A stretch of 64,000 bases of DNA from an uncultured delta proteobacterium (GCA_963755715.1 CAVWLW010000056.1:1-64000); one strand, 5' to 3'. Positions 19,048-30,205 are shown, numbered from the stretch's first letter. Translations and numbers: made by a program. Notes: a model not told the origin generated them from the sequence alone.

Positions 19048-19991
19048 GCATTGTCTTGTTTCTTCTTGCATCGATTCTGCTTGCATTCCCTGCCACGGCG
19101 GCGCAATCCGCGCCGGTCAATTTGCAGTTTGCGCTCAATTGGAAAGCCGAGCCGGAGTTCGGCGGCTTTTACGCTGCCAAGCTCTCAGGGTATTTCGAAA
19201 AACGCGGGCTCAACGTCGATATCACCGAAGGCGGCGCGGGCACCCCGGTCGTGCAAATGGTCGCCAACAGCAAAGTTCCTTTTGGCATCGCGGCGGGCGA
19301 CGAAGTGGCGATTGCGCAAGCGCGCGGCGCTGACGTGATCGCGCTATTTGCCGTCTACCAAATCAACCCGCAGGGAATCATGGTTCACCCGGAGCGGGGA
19401 TTCAAATCCATCGCCGACGTATTCAATTCGCCGGGAACCCTGGCGATCCAAAACGGCGCGCCGCATACGCTGTTTTTGCAAGCCAAGTTCGGCAAAGCCA
19501 AAGTAAAGCTGGTTCCATACCCAGGCGGGATTGCGACCTTCCTCACCGATTCCAACTACTCGCAACAATGCTTTGTGACCTCCGAGCCTTTGTTGGCGAA
19601 GAAAAAATCGGTTCCGGCAAAAAGTTTTTTGATTGCCGATGAGGGCTTCAAACCCTACGGCACCGTCGTCATCGCGCGCCGCCAGTATGTCGAGAAAAAC
19701 CAGAAGCAAACCCGCGATCTGATCGATGCTATTCGTGCAGGCTGGCAGGAATATCTGCGCGCGCCGGAAACCGCCAATGCCCGAATGGCAAAACTCAACC
19801 CGGCCATGGACGCTGAAACCATGAGGGAAGCCGCCGAAGTGCAAAAACCGTTTATCATCGCCGCCAACGCGCCAGCCCAGGAGCTGGGCAAAATGACGGT
19901 CGATCGTTGGACGACGTTGGTGGAGCAGCTTTATGATATCAAGTTGATCAAGACCAAACCGGCCGCAGAAAAACTTTATCAGAATTTCTGA
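19044..19991 (+). CDS. ABC transporter substrate-binding protein (NMT1/THI5-like)
   Basis: Start ATG 19044 overlaps permease stop; signal peptide; LNWKAEPEFGGFYAA, GLNVDI.EGG. Confidence 0.9.
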   Translation: MSIVLFLLASILLAFPATAAQSAPVNLQFALNWKAEPEFGGFYAAKLSGYFEKRGLNVDITEGGAGTPVVQMVANSKVPFGIAAGDEVAIAQARGADVIALFAVYQINPQGIMVHPERGFKSIADVFNSPGTLAIQNGAPHTLFLQAKFGKAKVKLVPYPGGIATFLTDSNYSQQCFVTSEPLLAKKKSVPAKSFLIADEGFKPYGTVVIARRQYVEKNQKQTRDLIDAIRAGWQEYLRAPETANARMAKLNPAMDAETMREAAEVQKPFIIAANAPAQELGKMTVDRWTTLVEQLYDIKLIKTKPAAEKLYQNF

Positions 19992-20053
19992 TCGGCAGAT
20001 TGACTGATCTCACTCCGCAATTCTATGATGCCGCGAATAAAAGGAGAGGCACT

Positions 20054-20467
20054 ATGACAATCGCAGGACTGCGTTTCGGACACGTCGCTTTCAAGGTCGC
20101 GGACACTGAGCGTAGCGTGCGCTGGTATGCCGATGCTTTCGGGGCGAAAAAAATTTACCACGTCGAGGCGCAAGGCGAACGGCCGGAATTGATGTTTCTC
20201 GAATTTGCCAACGGCCAATGCATTGAATTGTTTCCCGGCGGCAAAAATATGTTGGCATCGCCGCCTGATCCGATCGGCTACATCCATTTCTGTCTGGTAT
20301 TGGACAACTTGGAACAGGCGCTCGAACATCTGGCCAAGATGAACATCAAACCGGAAAGAAAATTTATCGGCCGCGCCAAACAGCGCATCGCTTTTGTCTC
20401 CGACCCCGACGGCAATAGCATCGAGCTGATGGAAATACCGCCCGAGTCGGAAATTTATCGAGCTTAA
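20054..20467 (+). CDS. VOC/glyoxalase family protein
   Basis: GHVAFKVADTERSVRWY, IELF, HFCLV, DPDGNSIEL; AGGAG RBS. Confidence 0.9.
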   Translation: MTIAGLRFGHVAFKVADTERSVRWYADAFGAKKIYHVEAQGERPELMFLEFANGQCIELFPGGKNMLASPPDPIGYIHFCLVLDNLEQALEHLAKMNIKPERKFIGRAKQRIAFVSDPDGNSIELMEIPPESEIYRA

Positions 20468-20471
20468 TGCT

Positions 20472-21455
20472 GTGTCGCGCGCTTCGACGCACGCCGGCAT
20501 TTTCTTTTTTCTCGTTGCGCTGCTCGCTTTGCCGCTTGCCCAAGCGCAGACCGCCGGCGCAAAAAAATTCCCGATCAAGATTATCTACAGCGCCTTGACC
20601 GCATCGAACGCGCCGGTGTGGGTCGCCGGCGATCAAGGGCTTTACGATAAATACGGCCTCGACGTCCAGATCGTGCACGGCCGCGGCGCTTCGCCGATTC
20701 AAGCGCTCGCCGGCGGTACGGTGGAGCTAGGGCATTTTGCCGGCGCTTCGGTGATCGCCGCCAACCTCGCGGGCAGCGATCTGGTGTTCGTCGCGGCGCA
20801 ATCGAACTATGTCGTATTGTCGATGTGGACGAAGAAAGACTCGCCGGTGAAGAACCTGGCGGATTTAGCCGGAAAAAATATCGGTGTCAGCGCGCCAGGC
20901 TCGGCGACTCATACGATCGCGCGCATCACGCTCAGGAAGATTGGCGTCGCTGAGAAAGACGTTAAATTCATCCATCACGGCGCCCTACCGGATATCTTTG
21001 TGTCGTTGGACAAAGGTTTAGTCGATGTCGGGATCGCTTCCGCGCCTCGTCCCGGACTGCGCGAACTGGTCGACCTGGCGACGCAGAAGATTCCGTTTCT
21101 GCAAGGGGCGATTATCGTCAACCGCAGTTATTTACTGCGCGAACGCCCGCTGGTGCTCAATTTCGTCAAGGCTTTCGTCGAGGGCATGAAAGTTGTCCGG
21201 GAAAAGCCGGACGTCGTCGTCGCTTCTCTGGTGAAACATTTGCGCATTCCACCCGATGTTGCGCGCGGTGCGTATCGTTCTTTCGTCAATGTGTGGGAAG
21301 AAGTGCCTTACGTGCGCGCGGAGTCGGTGCAAGCGATCTTGGATTTTCTGCCGAAAGAGCAGGTGAAAGACATCAGCGCGGAAAAGTACGTCGATAACAG
21401 CTTAATGAAAGAGCTGGAAACCTCCGGTTTCATCAAGAATCTTTACCGAAAATGA
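20472..21455 (+). CDS. ABC transporter substrate-binding protein (NMT1/SsuA-like)
   Basis: Signal peptide; GLYDKYGLDV, DLAGKNIGVSAPGS, DNSLMKELETSGF. Confidence 0.88.
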   Translation: MSRASTHAGIFFFLVALLALPLAQAQTAGAKKFPIKIIYSALTASNAPVWVAGDQGLYDKYGLDVQIVHGRGASPIQALAGGTVELGHFAGASVIAANLAGSDLVFVAAQSNYVVLSMWTKKDSPVKNLADLAGKNIGVSAPGSATHTIARITLRKIGVAEKDVKFIHHGALPDIFVSLDKGLVDVGIASAPRPGLRELVDLATQKIPFLQGAIIVNRSYLLRERPLVLNFVKAFVEGMKVVREKPDVVVASLVKHLRIPPDVARGAYRSFVNVWEEVPYVRAESVQAILDFLPKEQVKDISAEKYVDNSLMKELETSGFIKNLYRK

Positions 21456-21463
21456 TTTGCTAT

Positions 21464-22543
21464 TCAGTACGGCTCGAAGTCGCGTAGCGCGGGTATTACC
21501 TCTGACCCGAAAAGTTTGATCGAGCGCATTAGATCCTCTTCGGCGATCGCGCCGATGTTGAACTCGCCCATCACGGTATTGAAGACGCCTTCGCGGGCAG
21601 CGGCTTTGATTTGTTCGATCACGGTTGGCGGCGAGCCGACAAACGCTAAGTTGCGTTCACGCAGGTAATCGACATCGATCGCATGACGCGCGATCTCGGC
21701 GCCGCCGGGATTGCCGCGTTTGGCGTGGTTTTCCGCCAGTCTGAGATAACCGATCCCACCGTCAGCTCGGGTGCCGAAAACCCTGGTGAAACAGTGTTCG
21801 AAGTAGGGTTTTGCTTTCGCCACGGCCTGGGCGTCGGTCTCGTCAACATAGACCAACACCCAATAGCCGATGTTCGGTTTGCCTGCATGACGCGCGTCAT
21901 TCCATAGCCGTAAATATTCGCGATAGCGCGGCGCGACATCGCCGCGCGGCACCAAGAAAAGATAACCGGTGTGCGCGCCTTCGCGCGCGAGCAGCGCCAG
22001 CGTGTCGGCGTCGCGCGAGTGAATCCAGATCGGCGGATGGGGTTTCTGCAGCGGTTTTACGCCGAGTGTGACGTCTTGATACCGACGGGATTCGCCGGCG
22101 AAGTTGAACGCGCCGTCGCTCGAAAGCGCTTGCTTGATGAACAGCAGCGCTTCGTGGGTGAGCGCGCGGCGGTTTTGGAAGTCAGCGCCGTAGGGACCGA
22201 AGAAGTCCGGCACGATGCCCGAAACCAAGCCGAGCTCGAAGCGGCCGTTGGCGACGTTGTCTAAAACCGCCGCGTCTTCGGCGATGCGCAGCGGATCGTA
22301 GAGCGGCACGATGTTGCCCATCGTGCCGATGCGGAGCCGGCGCGTGCGCGCCGCCGCCACCGCGCAGTAGATCGACGGCGACGGCATCCAACTTTCGTTG
22401 GGATTGAAGTGATGCTCGACGCAGAAACCGAAGTCGAAGCCAGATTCATCGGCGAGCGCCAGCTCACGCCACAGCTGTTCATAGCGGGCGGCCGCAGTCA
22501 TGCCCGGTTTGTTCCAGACGTGAGAGAAGTGCGCGAACTTCAT
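21464..22543 (-). CDS. LLM class flavin-dependent oxidoreductase
   Basis: CVEHHF, PSP, TRRLRIG, PLRIAED..LD..GRFELG, KPLQKPHPPIW. Confidence 0.92.
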   Translation of the reverse strand: MKFAHFSHVWNKPGMTAAARYEQLWRELALADESGFDFGFCVEHHFNPNESWMPSPSIYCAVAAARTRRLRIGTMGNIVPLYDPLRIAEDAAVLDNVANGRFELGLVSGIVPDFFGPYGADFQNRRALTHEALLFIKQALSSDGAFNFAGESRRYQDVTLGVKPLQKPHPPIWIHSRDADTLALLAREGAHTGYLFLVPRGDVAPRYREYLRLWNDARHAGKPNIGYWVLVYVDETDAQAVAKAKPYFEHCFTRVFGTRADGGIGYLRLAENHAKRGNPGGAEIARHAIDVDYLRERNLAFVGSPPTVIEQIKAAAREGVFNTVMGEFNIGAIAEEDLMRSIKLFGSEVIPALRDFEPY

Positions 22544-22571
22544 CCTGCTACTCGAGACGACGCCTCAAAAA

Positions 22572-22654
22572 TCACCGCAGAGACACGGCGGGCGCGGAGC
22601 AAAGCTCTTTAGAACAAAATTCCGAACTCTGTTTGCTCTGCGTCTCCGCGGTGA
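22572..22654. repeat. Intergenic inverted repeat (CACCGCAGAGAC type)
   Basis: tcaccgcagagacac ... gcgtctccgcggtga. Confidence 0.55.
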
Positions 22655-22671
22655 ATTACTTCTTGAACGAG

Positions 22672-23535
22672 TCAGTAGCCGTATTTTTTTTCCAACGCCT
22701 TAAGCTCCTCATTGCCCAAGTTGGCGTACCATTTGCGCGTGTCTTCGATGCCCGGTGTTTGTTTGAAGTAGGCTGCTTCGGTGCCGCTCTTTTTCAGTTC
22801 CTCCAAGCACTGGCGCATGCCATGCAACGCGGCCACTTGCAAGACGGTAGGAATGCAGCCGACGCGCCCGCCGAGCTCGCCCCAGCGTGAAAGCGGCATG
22901 AGCTGGCGCGGCGGAACGCCGACCATCGGTTTGCCGATCTTGGCAAATGCTTTGATCTCGTCTTCGGTGCGGGCGCTCAGCCAAACGGCGTCTGCTCCCG
23001 CCTCGCAGCACGCCGAGACGCGATCGATGCGTTCCTGCAAAGAATCTTTGGCTTCGGAGCGCGCGATGATGATCAAGTTCTCGTCGCGCCGCGTGTCGAG
23101 CGCCGCTTTGATTTTGTTAACGAACTCTTCGCGCGAAACCAGGCCGACGTCGAAACCTTCGTGGCCGGCGCGTTTGGGCGTCATCTGATCTTCGATGTGC
23201 AGCGCAGCGACGCCAGCCTTCTCGAACTCGCGGACGCTGCGCACCGTGTTGACGGCGTTGCCATAGCCGGTTTCACCATCGCTGACGATGGGAATGTTGA
23301 CCGCGTCGACGATGTCGCGCGCCTTGTTGACCATTTCCGTAAGCGTCAGCAGCCCGGCATCGGCGAAGCCGAGCGAGCGGTGCTGTCCGCTGCCGGAGAT
23401 ATGCACGAGGGGAAAGCCCAGCCATTCGACCAGACGAGCTTGAATGCCGTCGTTGCAGCTCGGCGCAATATGACAGGTCGGCTCGCCGAGCATTTTCCTC
23501 AGGGCTTGACGTTTTTCTGCTGCGGTTGATTCCAT
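22672..23535 (-). CDS. Isocitrate lyase/PEP mutase family enzyme (catalytic loop KRAGH)
   Basis: GFADAGLLT, DGETGYG, LHIEDQ..PKRAGH, IIARSEA, EAGADAVW. Confidence 0.9.
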   Translation of the reverse strand: MESTAAEKRQALRKMLGEPTCHIAPSCNDGIQARLVEWLGFPLVHISGSGQHRSLGFADAGLLTLTEMVNKARDIVDAVNIPIVSDGETGYGNAVNTVRSVREFEKAGVAALHIEDQMTPKRAGHEGFDVGLVSREEFVNKIKAALDTRRDENLIIIARSEAKDSLQERIDRVSACCEAGADAVWLSARTEDEIKAFAKIGKPMVGVPPRQLMPLSRWGELGGRVGCIPTVLQVAALHGMRQCLEELKKSGTEAAYFKQTPGIEDTRKWYANLGNEELKALEKKYGY

Positions 23536-23577
23536 GTTTTCTTCCTTTCAGGTGATAATGTTGCTGTTTCTGTGCAT

Positions 23578-23600
23578 GGGCGACCGCCGGTCGCCCCTAC
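23578..23600 (-). repeat. GTAG REP of a second palindrome variant (GTAGGGGCGACCGGCGGTCGCCC)
   Basis: gggcgaccgccggtcgcccctac; its TAG ends the predicted aldolase ORF. Confidence 0.7.
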
Positions 23601-24322
23601 ATATTGTTGCGCCAAAGGCTTTGGCGGTGCAAATTTATTACGCTCGTTGCGTGCCCGCGCTTGGCGAATTCGTCTCTGCGACCGACAGTGGCTTTGAGCA
23701 ACTCAGGCGGAATATTTTTCGCGCCGCCGAGCACTTCGGCGAAGATCGCCATCTGCGCCGCTTCCTCGACGATCAGATTGGCGCGGGCTGCCGCGGCGGG
23801 ATTCGCGCCGAACGCCAGCACGCCGTGATTTTCCAGCAGCACGGCTTTGGTATTTTTCGTCGCGCTCAAAGCATCGGCGATGTTCGATACCGATTCAGCG
23901 GAACCGCGCGGCCCATATTTGGCGAGCGGGATGCCATCGGTCATCTCCGAGCGCACCAACGCTTCGTAGGAACAACCGATCGAGCGGCTCGCCAACGCAA
24001 AACTCGTCGCGTAGGTCGAGTGAGTGTGGACCACCGCGCCGGTGTCGGGCCGCTCTTTGTAAACGATCGCGTGCATGTGCACGATCTCGGCGTTGGTCGG
24101 ATTGATCTCGCCTTCAATCAGCTCGCCGTCGAGATCGAGGATGGCGAGATTTTCCGGTTTCAAATTGTCGAAGGAGCTGGTGGCCGTTAGCAGGATCGTG
24201 TCCGTATTGGGCACGCGGACACTAAAATTGCCGTGGTGGCTCATCGAGATTGCGCCGGTGCGAACAAGCATGTTCGCGCTATCGATCACCGCCTGACGAA
24301 GCTCCGAATGATTCATCGCCAT
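23597..24322 (-). CDS. Class II aldolase/adducin family protein (true stop possibly ~23638 if a 1-nt error is present)
   Basis: GNFSVR, E..HMH..YK.RPD.GAVVHTHS, LLENHG. Confidence 0.88.
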   Translation of the reverse strand: MAMNHSELRQAVIDSANMLVRTGAISMSHHGNFSVRVPNTDTILLTATSSFDNLKPENLAILDLDGELIEGEINPTNAEIVHMHAIVYKERPDTGAVVHTHSTYATSFALASRSIGCSYEALVRSEMTDGIPLAKYGPRGSAESVSNIADALSATKNTKAVLLENHGVLAFGANPAAAARANLIVEEAAQMAIFAEVLGGAKNIPPELLKATVGRRDEFAKRGHATSVINLHRQSLWRNNM

Positions 24323-24362
24323 AATTTCTCCTTCGCATGTGCGCAGAGACCTTCTGCTGCTT

Positions 24363-25043
24363 TCATGACACTTCCGCTCGGCTGCTGAAATATTCCCAGG
24401 CCCGGTTGGACACTTCTTCGCCAGAGACCTGGGCGTAAATAACTTCCAACTCTTGCGGAGTGAAGTAGCGCGGTTTGCCCGCCGCCATGGCGCGCAATTG
24501 ATAATTGGCTGCTTCTTCCATCCAGAGAGTCATCACGCACACGCGCCGGACATCTTTGTCGGCGACGTTGACGCCGTGGCCGCGCAGCAGCATCGCGCCA
24601 TGGGGCCCGAGGGTTTTGGCGACCTGATCGCCGAGCTCGCGCGTGCGAATCAAGGTGATCGGGTCAAAAACCTGGACGTTGTTTTTAAAAATTGCGCCGG
24701 AAGCGTGCAGCGGCCGAATGGTTTCGCCAAGCGAGCCAAGCACGACACAGCTCGGCGGATGGACGTGGCAGACCGACTGAACGTCGGGACGCGCTTTGTA
24801 GATGCGCGCGTGAATCCAAAATTCGGTATTCGGCCGGCCCTCGCCGGATAGTTGATTTCCTTCCACGTCAAGCTCGAGCAGATTATCCAGCCGGACCAGC
24901 GCCGGACTCATTCGCGGCGGAAAGATAAACCTTTCGGTGCCAGGGATGCGCCCACTCACATGGCCGAACGCCGCGGCGATACCTTGCTGGTGTAAAATAT
25001 GACTGGCGGTGACGATGTCTTGCTTAATTTGTGCGAGGTCCAT
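24363..25043 (-). CDS. Class II aldolase/adducin family protein
   Basis: FGHVSGR, EFWIHARIYKARPDVQSVCHVHP, LLRGHG. Confidence 0.9.
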   Translation of the reverse strand: MDLAQIKQDIVTASHILHQQGIAAAFGHVSGRIPGTERFIFPPRMSPALVRLDNLLELDVEGNQLSGEGRPNTEFWIHARIYKARPDVQSVCHVHPPSCVVLGSLGETIRPLHASGAIFKNNVQVFDPITLIRTRELGDQVAKTLGPHGAMLLRGHGVNVADKDVRRVCVMTLWMEEAANYQLRAMAAGKPRYFTPQELEVIYAQVSGEEVSNRAWEYFSSRAEVS

Positions 25044-25169
25044 TATGCAATTAATTTTGTCTCCAGCGTTTTCAACTCACATACGCCAGGAAGTTACAAA
25101 TGTCCACCGGCGGCATTCGCGAAGTTGTAAAATTGACAGCACCGTCGTTTGTTCGATATATCCAAGCCC

Positions 25170-26877
25170 ATGCTGACGCAAACCTGGAAAACTTCAGAGC
25201 GAAAATATCGCGTGTGCGAGGAACGGGATTTTTCAATTCCGACCTCTGACGGTACCAGGCTCAACAGTTATCTCTACCGGCCCGACGCCGACGGAAAATT
25301 CCCCGTGATCCTGGGAGTGTGCGCTTATTCTCTCGACGATCAGGTGGCGCCGGTGATGCCCGTCGGCGCCGGCGGCATCCGCGGCCACATGGAAGCGGGT
25401 GATCCGAATTTTTACGTCTCGCGCGGTTACGTGCATGTGATTCTCAATGTGCGCGGCACCGGCAAGTCCGAAGGCTATTACGACTTTCTCGGCCGCCAAG
25501 AAATTCAGGATGTTTACGACGCGATCGAATGGCTGGCGAAGCAACCTTGGTCGAACGGCAACGTCGGCATGTTCGGCCCGTCGTATTTCACCATGGTGCA
25601 AAAGCGCGTTGCCGCGCTCAATCCGCCGTCTTTGAAATGCGTTTTTGCTATGTACGGTCTTACGGATTTATACCGCGATCTCGATTATCACGGCGGCATT
25701 TTGCATCACAATTTTCGTACGCGCTGGATTCCCAAGCTCGCCAACCTGCGCTTTAAGAATCGGATGAAAGATAAACTCGGGGACGAAGAGTATCAGCGCC
25801 GGGTGCAGGGGGCTTTGAGCTGATCCGGAAGTGACGGCGATTCCCGCGCTTGTCGATGCTCTGCGCGATCCGGACAAAGGGCGCAACGCGTGGATCGTCG
25901 AGCCACTGCTGTTTCCGCAGTATTCGGAGTTCTGGCAAGAATGGCACGCAGCGACTCAAGGCGAGCTAAAAATTCCCGCTTATCTCGGCAGTTGCTGGGG
26001 CGTGTACGGTATTCATCTCGCCGGCGATATGCGCTCGTGGGAGGAATGGCAAGGACCGAAGAAATTCACCGTCGGCCCGCCGATCTATCTCGACCGGCCG
26101 GTGTATCAGTATCATTACGAGTCACTGCGCTGGTTCGATTTGTGGCTCAAGGGCAACGACACCGGGCTTATGGATGAACCGCCCGTGCACGTGTTTCTCG
26201 ATGGTGGCGAAGGTGAATGGATCGAAGCGAACGAGTGGCCGCTGTCGCAGACGCGCTGGACGCCGTTCTATCTACACGAACATGGGCTTCTCTCTGAGCA
26301 TGAATTCTGGGCGAATGAACCGTCGACTGTGTACATCGATTCGCCGTACGAGCGCGGCAGCGCAGTTTTCCGTACGCCCGCGATGGTCGAAGCCACTGAC
26401 GTCTGCGGTCCGATGGCGCTGACGCTTTACGGCTCGACGACCGACAACGAGGTGTTGTGGTTTGTGCAATTGCTGGAAATCGATCCGAAGGGCAATGAAC
26501 GTTTGTTGACGCGCGGCTGGCTCAGAGGCTCGCAGCGGCGGATCGATCCCAGTCGCTCGAAGCCGTGGGCGCCGTATCACACCCACGAGCAGCGCGAACC
26601 GCTGACGCCCAATCAGATTTACGAATTCAATATCGAGATTCGCCCGTACGGCATTCGTCTCCGTCCCGGCTATCGGTTGGCAATCCGCATTTCCGGCCAC
26701 GACGGTGATCCGCCGACGCATCACCTGCACGGCATTGCGTCTGGTCACGTGGCTCGGCAAGCGAGCTCGCGCGTGACGATCTACCACGACACGGATCATC
26801 CATCGCATCTGCTCGTGCCGGTGACACGCGGCAATCGCATCGGCACGTTTATCTCCGGCGGCAATATTACGACTTAA
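25170..26877 (+). CDS. CocE/NonD family hydrolase (alpha/beta hydrolase S15), frameshifted at ~25818
   Basis: DGTRL...YRP..GKFPVIL, RGTGKSEG, EWLAKQPWSNGNVGMFGPSY; C-terminal RWFD.WLKG, RGWLRGSQR, PSHLLVPV in the next frame. Confidence 0.88.
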
Positions 26878-26896
26878 TGACCGACGGGTTGGTGAT

Positions 26897-27841
26897 TTAC
26901 GGTTTCGCCGTCGCGCGCGATAGGTAAGTTCGATCGAAGAATTGTTCGGGCTCGCCCTTGATTCCCAGGGCTGAAAGTAAGGCGGCGATGTTTTCTCTCT
27001 CAATATCGACGTCGAGATCTTGGGCGAAGTAAGTGAGCGCTCTGCGTTGGGTGTCGGGATTGCCGCGCAGTTTCCCGGCCACGGCCAGTTGTATCGCTTT
27101 GTCTCCGTTAGTTTTAATGAATTGCATCGACTTGCCGAGAGCGCGAATGAAGCGCACGACAAGATCCGGATCTTTCGCCGTAAATGCTTTAGCGGCGACC
27201 GCCACTGCGAAAGGAATTTCCGGAACAACTTTGCCGACTTCCAACAGCACCGGATAACCTTCGTCTTCGAGCGTGTGGCGTTCGCCGGAACTGAGGGGAA
27301 TGGCGTCGACCTTGCCGCCTTTGAGCGCACCGATACGCAATTGAGTGCTGCCGGCGGCGAGCAATTTGTAATCTTTGTCTCTGACGAAACCGCGCCGTTT
27401 CAAGGCTTCGAGCACGGCGAACTCAGAAAAGCTGCCGGCGCTCGTGACGCCGACGGTTTTGCCTCGTAAGTCTTCGAGCCGCGCAACTCGCTTGGAGCCG
27501 ATCAGCGCGAAATCTATTTTATTCTGGTAACCAGACACCACGGTGACCGGCGCGCCGCGATCGATGGCGCGCATGATCGCGGCGACGCCCGAAACGACGA
27601 GGTCGGCGTGGCCGCTGGTAAGGATCGCTACCATCAACGTCCCGCCGCTGGCGATCGTTACGCTATGAACGTTTAAGCCTTCTTCTTTGAAATATCCTGC
27701 TTGCTGAGCCACGACGACCGGCAACTGCGTGCTTATATTCGGCGATACCAAACCAAGTGTGATGGTGCGCAGCTCCGCGGCTTCAGCGGTCGCACATAAG
27801 AATAGCCCTAGCACTAGTCGCAGGAGAGATGTTTTCACCAT
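26897..27841 (-). CDS. ABC transporter substrate-binding protein (NMT1/SsuA-like)
   Basis: Signal peptide; GYFKEEGLNV, DLRGKTVGVTSAGS, ALKGGKVDA. Confidence 0.88.
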   Translation of the reverse strand: MVKTSLLRLVLGLFLCATAEAAELRTITLGLVSPNISTQLPVVVAQQAGYFKEEGLNVHSVTIASGGTLMVAILTSGHADLVVSGVAAIMRAIDRGAPVTVVSGYQNKIDFALIGSKRVARLEDLRGKTVGVTSAGSFSEFAVLEALKRRGFVRDKDYKLLAAGSTQLRIGALKGGKVDAIPLSSGERHTLEDEGYPVLLEVGKVVPEIPFAVAVAAKAFTAKDPDLVVRFIRALGKSMQFIKTNGDKAIQLAVAGKLRGNPDTQRRALTYFAQDLDVDIERENIAALLSALGIKGEPEQFFDRTYLSRATAKP

Positions 27842-28001
27842 ATGGAATCGGCACTCCGCGTTCGTCCGTGCTCGGTTTATCATAGGGCCGCGTCAATTTG
27901 CTAGAAAATTTGCGCTGCCCTTCCTGTCCCGTAAATGCGCAATTGAATCGCAAGCAGCAATTCGGCGGCTAGGATCGGAAGCGGTGGTTTTTTGCGCCGT
28001 C

Positions 28002-28047
28002 AACAAAAAAAAGCCGGCTCGACTTAGACCGTCGAGCCGGCTTTGTT
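28002..28047 (-). terminator. Rho-independent terminator of the metalloprotease gene
   Basis: Stem aagccggctcgac/gtcgagccggctt, followed on the minus strand by a T8 tract. Confidence 0.85.
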
Positions 28048-28070
28048 CGGTGGACGTGGATTAGACTGGT

Positions 28071-29872
28071 TTACTTGGCTGTCGCGCTGGCGATGTTCGA
28101 ATAGGCCGAGTTCGTTGCGCCGGAATAGGCGCGCACGCGATAGTAATATTTCCTGCCGGAACGCAGGCCGGTGTCGGAGATCGTGGTGATGTTGGAGCCC
28201 ACGGTGGCAAATTGCGAATAGCTCTTGCCGTTGGTGGATCGCTCGATCTTAAAACCACTCTCGCCGGCAGATTTATCGGTCCAGCTAAGATCGATTGTCT
28301 TGGTCACGCTTGAAGTGGCGGAAAGCGCGCTCGGCGCCGACAACGGGGCGACGACGGTTATCGGCAGCGCGGCGGTGTCCGAGCCGCCTCGGCCGTCCGA
28401 AACGCTGACCGTAAAGGAGTTGAGCCCGACATCTGCACTGCCGGGCGTGCCGCTCAAGCTGCCGCTCGACGCAACCGACAGCCATGCCGGGCCGCTGGTT
28501 TTGGCGAATGTGAGCGGATCGGCGTCGGATCGCTAGCGTTGCCGGCGATGCTGCCGCTGTACGCCAGTCCTTGGGTCGCGTTGGTTTTGACGATCGGGTC
28601 GCTGGTGAATGCCGGTGGATTATTTGTGCCGCTGCCACCGCCGGCGCGGAAGTTGGCGACGATCGGCGCGGTCAGATCGCCGGTTTGAGCGTTGTCGCGC
28701 TGATTCAAAATCCCGGTGGGAATCCCGTTGTAGAGAACATCCGGATTGGAATAATGCAGCACGCGCGGACAACTGAGCGAACACACATCGTAAGACATGA
28801 TGGTGCGAAACGCGCCGTTCACGTAATGACCGAACGACCAGGGATAGGAAGCGCCCGATGGTGAAATGCCGGCGCTCGCGGGATCATGTTCCATGCCCAT
28901 GTTGTGGCCGTGTTCATGGGCGAGGGTGCTATTGGATAAACAGGCGAGCCACGTGACCTGGAAGGCGTAGCCAGCAAAGCTCGATCCGGGATTTCTCTGC
29001 ACCCAACCGATGCCGCAGTAGCCGCCGCCGTTGTTAGTGATCAGCGATACCATGTCGGCAGAGTATGTGTTGCGCAGCGAAGCGACACTGGAGTTGGAAG
29101 TTACCCAATTCAAGTCGGTCTCGATATTTCCCGAGTCGTTATAAGCAACTTCCTCGGTGTGGGACAGAAAAAACCGGGTGATCATATTGCTATTGACGAA
29201 AGCGGTGTTGGCTTGGTCGATTGCCGCTTGGATCTGCGCCTGAATTTGCGTTATGCCGCCGGCCGCTGCGCGTGCCTGGGGAGTGTAAACCGACATCAGA
29301 ACGATTTGCACCGTGCCGTCCGCAGCGGTCGCGTTGGGCGCGCTCGACGAGTCTTGTTGCGGCATATCGCCGCCGGTCGGCGGCGGGACTTTTTCATGAC
29401 CATGAGTCGCGGCGTCATGTCCCCACTCCGGCGCGAAACTGTCGGAATTGAGTTTTTCAACCAACGTACGACCGTTCGCTCCCGGTCGGATGGCAAACAC
29501 GTCGCTACCGCTCTCAATGCGACCGTAGAGGAGACCTTCGTGCAGCGTCAGCGTAACGTTGCCGCGATCCAATTGACCGCGGCCGCGCCAAACCATGCTT
29601 TTCGGTCCGCGCCGCTCGTGACCTGTGCGATCGAATCCGAGATCGGGCTTTCCGGGCACGACAATAGTCAAGCCTGCAGGCCCTGCTGTCAGCGCCGCTT
29701 CGTCGATATCGCCGACTTCAGCCGCCACGCCATGGCTACCGGGCGTAGCCGTTACGGGGCGCTGGCGAAACAAATTAGGATGCGTTTGCGCCTGGGCGAT
29801 GGCGCCGAGCGAAACGAAGATCGCAGCGCTCAGCAGCACTGAAAACCGCCTGAAGATTACGTTTGCATTCAT
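28071..29872 (-). CDS. Secreted zinc metalloprotease (metzincin, reprolysin/peptidyl-Asp-like) with Ig-like and FN3 domains, frameshifted at ~28525
   Basis: Signal peptide, prodomain, HEHGHNMGMEH zinc motif, Met-turn RTIMSY; C-terminal LSGTP...VSDG Ig repeat and FN3 (LSWTD...YYYRVRA) in the next frame. Confidence 0.87.
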
Positions 29873-29999
29873 AAATGCTTTCCTTTCCTCTTGCCGTCGT
29901 AGCCTGCGGTCAAAGTTTCTCAGAAACTATCGACGGCGCCTTAAGTTTGCCTGGCATACTTGCTTTAGAAATCATCAATCGAGACAGCGCAGAAATCTG

Positions 30000-30015
30000 A
30001 GCACGCCCCATGCCA
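30000..30015 (-). promoter_or_regulatory. Putative sigma54 (-24/-12) promoter
   Basis: TGGCATGGGGCGTGCT (GG-N10-GC) ~130 bp upstream of the protease start. Confidence 0.55.
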
Positions 30016-30205
30016 ACGAGGAGTGGTCCAACGTTGTCCTTAGAGTTTGGTCGTTGACACCTTGTGTCATCTTTTACGGTCATCGCTAAGATGAGAAGCG
30101 GGCCGTCATTGACACTTTGTGCCATCGACATTTGCGCACACGACAGATCGCGCCGAGTTTCGACGCTCGCGCAATCGTGCCATTACTTTGCCGGTCTCCG
30201 ACGGT

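Noticed and set aside
25821-25823. TGA in the CocE gene as a third selenocysteine
   Set aside because: The downstream half is in a different frame, so this is a frameshift and not readthrough
29951-29965. TGGCATACTTGCT as a sigma54 promoter
   Set aside because: Only 7 nt between GG and GC (10 needed) and wrong orientation for the adjacent gene
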